Part shown: piece after piece, positions 15,073 through 20,000 of the stretch
How positions within the stretch are numbered: the stretch's first letter is position 1
Layout of the letters: the number at the start of each line of letters is the position of its first letter
Source of the DNA: Neocallimastix sp. 'constans'
Lineage: Eukaryota
Direction of reading: 5' to 3'
Length of the DNA: 20,000 bases
NCBI GenBank assembly: GCA_050613775.1
Contig: JBODTK010000107.1
Location: forward strand, 551,226-571,225
Translations under genes and position numbers: made by a program
Notes under the pieces: generated by a model
Told to the model about the DNA's origin: nothing
What the model saw: only the letters and a program-made list of their open reading frames with translations
Database searches by the model: none

Positions 15073-15624
15073 TTATTTGAGAGCTTTTAAGAATTCTTCC
15101 ATCATTTTTATTAGGCCAGGATTTCCAACAGCAGAAATTAAATTTCCATCTACAACACATAAAGTTTCTTCATAATTTGCTCCAGCTAAATTAGCAACTA
15201 CTTTGGTAAAAGGTAAACCTGTTAATTTTTTTCCACTTATAGATTTAGTTGCAGCTAAAGTGAGCACACTGTAGCAAATAGAAACTAAAAGTTTTTTTGA
15301 TTCTAAAAAATATTTTACAATTTCAATAACCTTTGGATTAACATGCAAATAAAGTGGTGCATGTCCTCCTGGTAAATATAAAGCATCATAACTTTTATAA
15401 TCAATGGTATTTATATCTACTGTAATTTCATATTTATGTCCCATTCCTGGATTAAAATATTGTAATTCGCTTGGTTCAAAAATCTGAGAAGTTATAAAAC
15501 CACCTTCTTTTTTATTTGGACTGGCTAAATCAACTTTATATCCTAAAGTTAATAATGTTTTTGATGGAAAATCTATTTGAGAATCTTCAACACAGTCTGC
15601 TATTAATATTAATATTTTCTTCAT
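15073..15624 (-). CDS. DJ-1/PfpI family protein (class I glutamine amidotransferase-like fold), 183 aa, intronless
   Basis: MKKILILIADCVEDSQ, YDALYLPGGHAP, nucleophile elbow SIC117, AGANY, VVDGNLISA. An extra segment ending in GH(K)Y resembles the bacterial PfpI_1 / plant DJ-1d-type subfamily. Confidence 0.93.
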   Translation of the reverse strand: MKKILILIADCVEDSQIDFPSKTLLTLGYKVDLASPNKKEGGFITSQIFEPSELQYFNPGMGHKYEITVDINTIDYKSYDALYLPGGHAPLYLHVNPKVIEIVKYFLESKKLLVSICYSVLTLAATKSISGKKLTGLPFTKVVANLAGANYEETLCVVDGNLISAVGNPGLIKMMEEFLKALK

Positions 15625-15639
15625 TGTATTAAAATATTG

Positions 15640-15860
15640 AAAAAAAAAAAAAAAAATCTTTTTATTAAAAATTATTTAATTAATAATTTATAATTATTAA
15701 AATGAATTTCAGAAAAAAAAAAAAAAATCTTTTTATTAAAAATTATTTAATTAATAATTTATAATTCTTAAAATGAATTTCAAAAAAATGTTTTATTTAA
15801 AAATTATTTAATTAAAAATTTATAATTCTTAAAATGAATTTTAAAAAATGTTTAAATTAA
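15640..15860. repeat. About 60-70 bp tandem repeat, 3 copies plus a partial, directly upstream of the DJ-1/PfpI start
   Basis: Unit (A)n-t(c/g)tttt..att(t)aaaaattatttaattaa(t/a)aatttataatt(a/c)ttaaaatgaattt repeated three times. Confidence 0.85.
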
Positions 15861-15985
15861 ATATTTTAATTGATATTGATACATTTTTCAATTGTGAATT
15901 TTTGTAATGTAGCTAATATATATATTTTTAAAATAAAGCCATACATTTTTAAAATATTCTATACAATCATAAAAAATTATATAAA

Positions 15986-16021
<36 letters not shown>

Positions 16022-16050
16022 TATAACATATTTATGTATATAATTGAACT

Positions 16051-16121
16051 TTAACGTTCCATTATATATTTAAATATGTAATTAATATATATATATATTT
16101 AAATATATAATGGAATGTTAA
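16051..16121. repeat. 71-bp palindrome with 27-bp arms (1 mismatch), bounded by TTAA at both ends
   Basis: ttaacgttccattatatatttaaatat ... atatttaaatatataatggaatgttaa. Confidence 0.85.
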
Positions 16122-16364
16122 CACTGAAAATGAAAATGTAGTAAAACAGGCTAGCAGGGCCAATGCCTTTAAAGGAGAAGAGTATAATCTCTTTTAGATA
16201 GTCAATTCAAACCCTAATCCTTAAGGAAGTGAGGTTCGTTGAGATGGAACTTTTTTTCTGAATTTTATCTATATACTTTATTTTTTGAATATTACTTTTT
16301 TTTATTTCACGTTATTATTTTTCAATATTATTATATTCAAATTGGACAAATAATATTTATTATT

Positions 16365-17227
16365 TAAAAATCTCAATATTTGTTTATTTACTAACTTTAT
16401 TTTGAAGCAAAAGGCTTATTTTTTAATAATACACAATTTAATGATATTTATACATACAAAATACATTTGATGGATCATACATATTTCAACACATTAAATA
16501 TATTTTTTCATATTAACTATATAAAAGAGGCTAATAAAAATTTTTTTAAAACTCATAAACTATATAAACTATATATTATTATAATATATCATATATATAT
16601 TAATTCATTTAATATTTAAAATTATAATAAAAGTTGTAATAAAATAAAAATATTAATTAAAGTGTTAATTAAATTTGTAAATTAAAAATACTAATATAAT
16701 TAGCATTTTAATTAATATTTTTATTCTACACTTCAATTATTTATATAATATTTTTATTTTATTACAACTTGTTTTTAGTAGTTTATTTAATTATATAAAA
16801 ATTTTAAAGAACATTTAAATTATATTATTAAATTATTTTATATTACATACATATAATATTTTATATATATTTATTACATATAACTTGTTATATTTTATGC
16901 GCCACTACTACATATGTACTAGCTCATTAATGATATTATACATATTATACTTAAATACTATTTATAATTATATATTTTATTTTATGTATTTTATATTTAT
17001 TCATATTATATAATAGTAATAAATAAGATATATCAATATATAGTTTATATAGTTTATGAATATAGTTTTAAAAAAAATTTACAAGCCTCTTTTATATAGT
17101 TAAAATTAAAACATCTATATAATGTATTGAAATATGTATGAATATCATTAAATTATGTATTATTAAAAAATAAGCCTTTTACTTCAAATAAATAAAGTTA
17201 ATAAATAAACAAATATAGAGATTTTTA
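16365..17227. mobile_element. Long-inverted-repeat (fold-back / MITE-like) non-autonomous element
   Basis: 16365-16577 is the diverged reverse complement of 17035-17227 (e.g. aaaaggcttattttttaataatac vs gtattattaaaaaataagcctttt; ttaactatataaaagaggct vs agcctcttttatatagttaa). Internal nested inverted repeats. No coding capacity and no target-site duplication found. Confidence 0.7.
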
Positions 17228-17699
17228 TCATGAACTCCATGAGATAGGGTCAATGGTCAACGCGTATTCCCTGGGGTCAATAGTTCCGAAGTTCAATTCC
17301 ACTTTACCACCCAATAATAACCCAATAGACAGCCTAACTCTAAATCGAACAAGTCATCGTCTACATTATAATCGTGCTTCTCAGTGGTACATATACATGC
17401 CTGAAGTGGGGTGATTCCTGCGTATTGTAAATCCTCATTAGTTAATGTATTTACTGATCATTATTGATCACGTGTTAGAATACATTTCCTAATTTTGAAA
17501 AAGGTATGTAATAGATAAATAATAATGTTAATAGTGGGGAGAGCGCGTTTCGGAACCGCACGTGAATGATATAAGCCACATGTTTTTTGAGATGGCGTAT
17601 TATATATAAATTTTTTATATAAATAAATAATTAAATAATAATTAAATAAATATTTTATTTTATAATAATTTCATAATTTAATATATATTTGATAATAAA

Positions 17700-17880
17700 A
17701 AATATAAAAAAATAAAAAAATAAAAAAATAAAAAAAATAAAAAAATAAAAAAATAAAAAAAATAAAAAAATAAAAAAATAAAAAAATAAAAAAATAAAAA
17801 AAATAAAAAAATAAAAAAAATAAAAAAATAAAAAAAATAAAAAAGATTAAAAAAATAAAATACTAAAAAAATAAAATAAA
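17700..17880. repeat. (A6-8T)n microsatellite
   Basis: Directly visible; produces the spurious ORF 17678..17890. Confidence 0.85.
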
Positions 17881-18270
17881 ATATTTTCATTTTTATTTAT
17901 ATTTATAACTGTAATTTTTTATTATATAAATAAATAAATAAATAATAATTAAATAAATATTTTATTTTATAATAAAAAAATAAAATAAAAAAAAGAAAAG
18001 ATAAATATTTTTTTAGTAATTTTCTTGAAATAAAATATTTTATTAGTAATTTTCTTGAAATAAAATAAAATATTTTCATATTTATTTATATTTATAACTG
18101 TAATTTTTTATTATATAAATAAATAATAATTAAATAAATATTTTATTTTATAATGAAAAAATAAAATAAAAAAAAAAAAAGATAAATATTTTTTTAGTAA
18201 TTTTCTTGAAATAAAATAAAATATTTTCATATTTTTCATATTTATTTATATTTATAACTGTAATTTTTAA
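17880..18270. repeat. Imperfect tandem repeat (160-190 bp unit, about 2.5-3 copies) upstream of the transposase
   Basis: atatttataactgtaattttt at about 17899, 18089 and 18249; ttagtaattttcttgaaataaaat at about 18013, 18043 and 18194. Confidence 0.75.
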
Positions 18271-18348
18271 AAAAATTGAAAATACATATTAAATAAAAAA
18301 TAAAAAATAAATATTTCATATTTATTAATATTTATATTAAAAATTTTG

Positions 18349-19797
18349 ATGGAGGGAAATCTAAAAATTGATATAAGTGAAACAAATCGAGGAAAAGAGC
18401 AAATAATTATAGATCGAAAATTTAAATATAATTTTTCAAAATTAAAAAAAGATAATACAAAAATATATAGATGTACAGAATATAAAACATTAAATAAATG
18501 TAAGTCTTTTATTATTTTAAATGATAATAAAGAGGTTTTAAATTATGATTCTTCACATAATCATCCTGGTAATGAAATTAATACATCCAAATCATTAATA
18601 AAACATAAAATTAAAGATGAAATAAAAAAAAGTTTGATTCCTTCTGATATAAAATCAAAACGCATATTTGATAAAATTTCTCAAGAAATAGGATATATAT
18701 GCCCTGAATATAAAACAATTAAATCCCAAATAACAAGATATAAAAACAAACAATTATTTCCTAATGTAAAAACATTAGATGAAGTTCCTAATGTATCTGA
18801 ATATTATAAAACAATAAGAGGTGAATACTTTATGATATTCAAAAATTCTAATATAATAATTTTTCAATCACCATTCCAAGCAAAATTATTTATGGAGAAT
18901 AAACATATATTTGCTGATGGTACATTTTTAATAGCTCCAACTAATAGTTATCAAGTATTCATTACCAGAACTTATGTTACAGAATTAAATTGTTTTTACA
19001 CTACTTCCATGTCAATATTAAAAAACAAAGAACAAATAACTTACGAAATATTATTTAATGAAATAAAAAAAAATATAATTAAATATAATGCAAATATTAA
19101 TTTCTCAGAAAAAATTTTTCATTGTGATTTTGAAAAAGGAATATCTAATGCAGTGGAAAATATTTTTCCCAATATAAATATTAAATATTGTTTTTGGCAT
19201 TATAAAAGATTATTAATGACAAAAAAAAATAAATTATGTTACAAGGAAGTGAAAGATCATAATATTTTAAATACTTATTATAAAGCCATTTCTAATTTAT
19301 GTTTTATTAATATTGAATACATACCTGATATTTTTAATAAAATTAAAAATACATGCATGAGATATAAATCTACCTGTTCCCAATTTTTGAATTTTTTAGA
19401 TTATTTTGAGAAAACATTTCTAAATATCTATAATATAAAATATTGGAATTATTACAATAATATAGACCACATAACAAATAATGCTTCAGAATCTTATAAC
19501 AGTTATTTAAAAAATTTATTTGTAAAAAAGCCTTCATTTTATAAATTAATATATACAATACAATTTGAAGAATCCAAATCTTACTATGATTACCATATGA
19601 GAATTAAAGGAATTTGGAGAAAAAAGAGCAGAATATCAGAAAGGGTCGATGACATTAATATTTTAGTTGAATATTATAAAAATATGGAAGCCGAATTAAA
19701 AAATATTGGATGTAGTAAAAATGATATCATCGAAAATTGGTTTAATTGTTTAATTAGATTGAATAATGAAATCATTAATTTTAATAAAACAAAATAA
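18349..19797 (+). CDS. Mutator-like (MULE) DDE transposase with N-terminal FLYWCH/WRKY-GCM1-like Zn finger, 482 aa
   Basis: N-terminal RGKEQIII...YRC...C...HNH; catalytic FADGTF (D), HCDFEKG (D), CFWH (CxxH), TNNASESYN (E). Uninterrupted ORF. ATG is at 18349; the ORF track starts one codon earlier at a TTG. Confidence 0.92.
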   Translation: MEGNLKIDISETNRGKEQIIIDRKFKYNFSKLKKDNTKIYRCTEYKTLNKCKSFIILNDNKEVLNYDSSHNHPGNEINTSKSLIKHKIKDEIKKSLIPSDIKSKRIFDKISQEIGYICPEYKTIKSQITRYKNKQLFPNVKTLDEVPNVSEYYKTIRGEYFMIFKNSNIIIFQSPFQAKLFMENKHIFADGTFLIAPTNSYQVFITRTYVTELNCFYTTSMSILKNKEQITYEILFNEIKKNIIKYNANINFSEKIFHCDFEKGISNAVENIFPNINIKYCFWHYKRLLMTKKNKLCYKEVKDHNILNTYYKAISNLCFINIEYIPDIFNKIKNTCMRYKSTCSQFLNFLDYFEKTFLNIYNIKYWNYYNNIDHITNNASESYNSYLKNLFVKKPSFYKLIYTIQFEESKSYYDYHMRIKGIWRKKSRISERVDDINILVEYYKNMEAELKNIGCSKNDIIENWFNCLIRLNNEIINFNKTK

Positions 19798-20000
19798 AAA
19801 TAATTATTAAAATCCTTTCAAAATCATAATTACAATTAATTGAAAATTAAATTTTTTTATTTAATAAGAAATTCAATATTGAAATTTATTTAATATTTAT
19901 TGATAGGGTTAGCTTAAAAATATTAAAAAAAAATTTTTTTTATAAATTTATTTTAAATATTTTTTACTTAATTAAAGATTATTATATAAAATTAAAAGAT

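Noticed and set aside
15640..15860. Possible CRISPR-like arrays (also 5770-5872 and 17880-18270)
   Set aside because: Head-to-tail repeats without unique spacers, no cas genes, eukaryotic DNA.
16209..16218. Telomere-like aaaccctaat
   Set aside because: Only a single unit.
17535..17580. tRNA/SINE-like boxes on the minus strand (tggcttatatca ... ggttccgaaac)
   Set aside because: Poor match and spacing for A/B boxes; no cloverleaf could be folded.
17678..19558. ORFs 17678..17890 (-) and 19370..19558 (-)
   Set aside because: A microsatellite translation and an antisense shadow of the transposase, respectively.

Overview
Extremely AT-rich eukaryotic DNA with GT-AG introns and long homopolymer/microsatellite tracts. 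Gene and transposon content best fit an anaerobic gut fungus (Neocallimastigomycota); this is an inference. From left to right: (1) a spliced minus-strand gene for a tandem-PH-domain (Opy1-like) protein that runs off the left edge; (2) about 8 kb of low-complexity intergenic DNA containing a 424-bp GC-richer element with Helitron-like termini; (3) a decayed bacterial-type ROK sugar-kinase pseudogene whose last codons are split by a 5'-truncated, internally deleted LINE with a poly(A) tail and target-site duplication; (4) an intact, intronless DJ-1/PfpI-family gene with a non-canonical active site; (5) a nested fold-back/long inverted-repeat element; (6) an apparently intact Mutator-like (MULE) transposase preceded by tandem repeats. 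No CRISPR array, rRNA or tRNA was seen. Most entries in the ORF track are microsatellite or antisense artefacts. All alignments to families were made by eye from remembered consensus motifs, not by database search.
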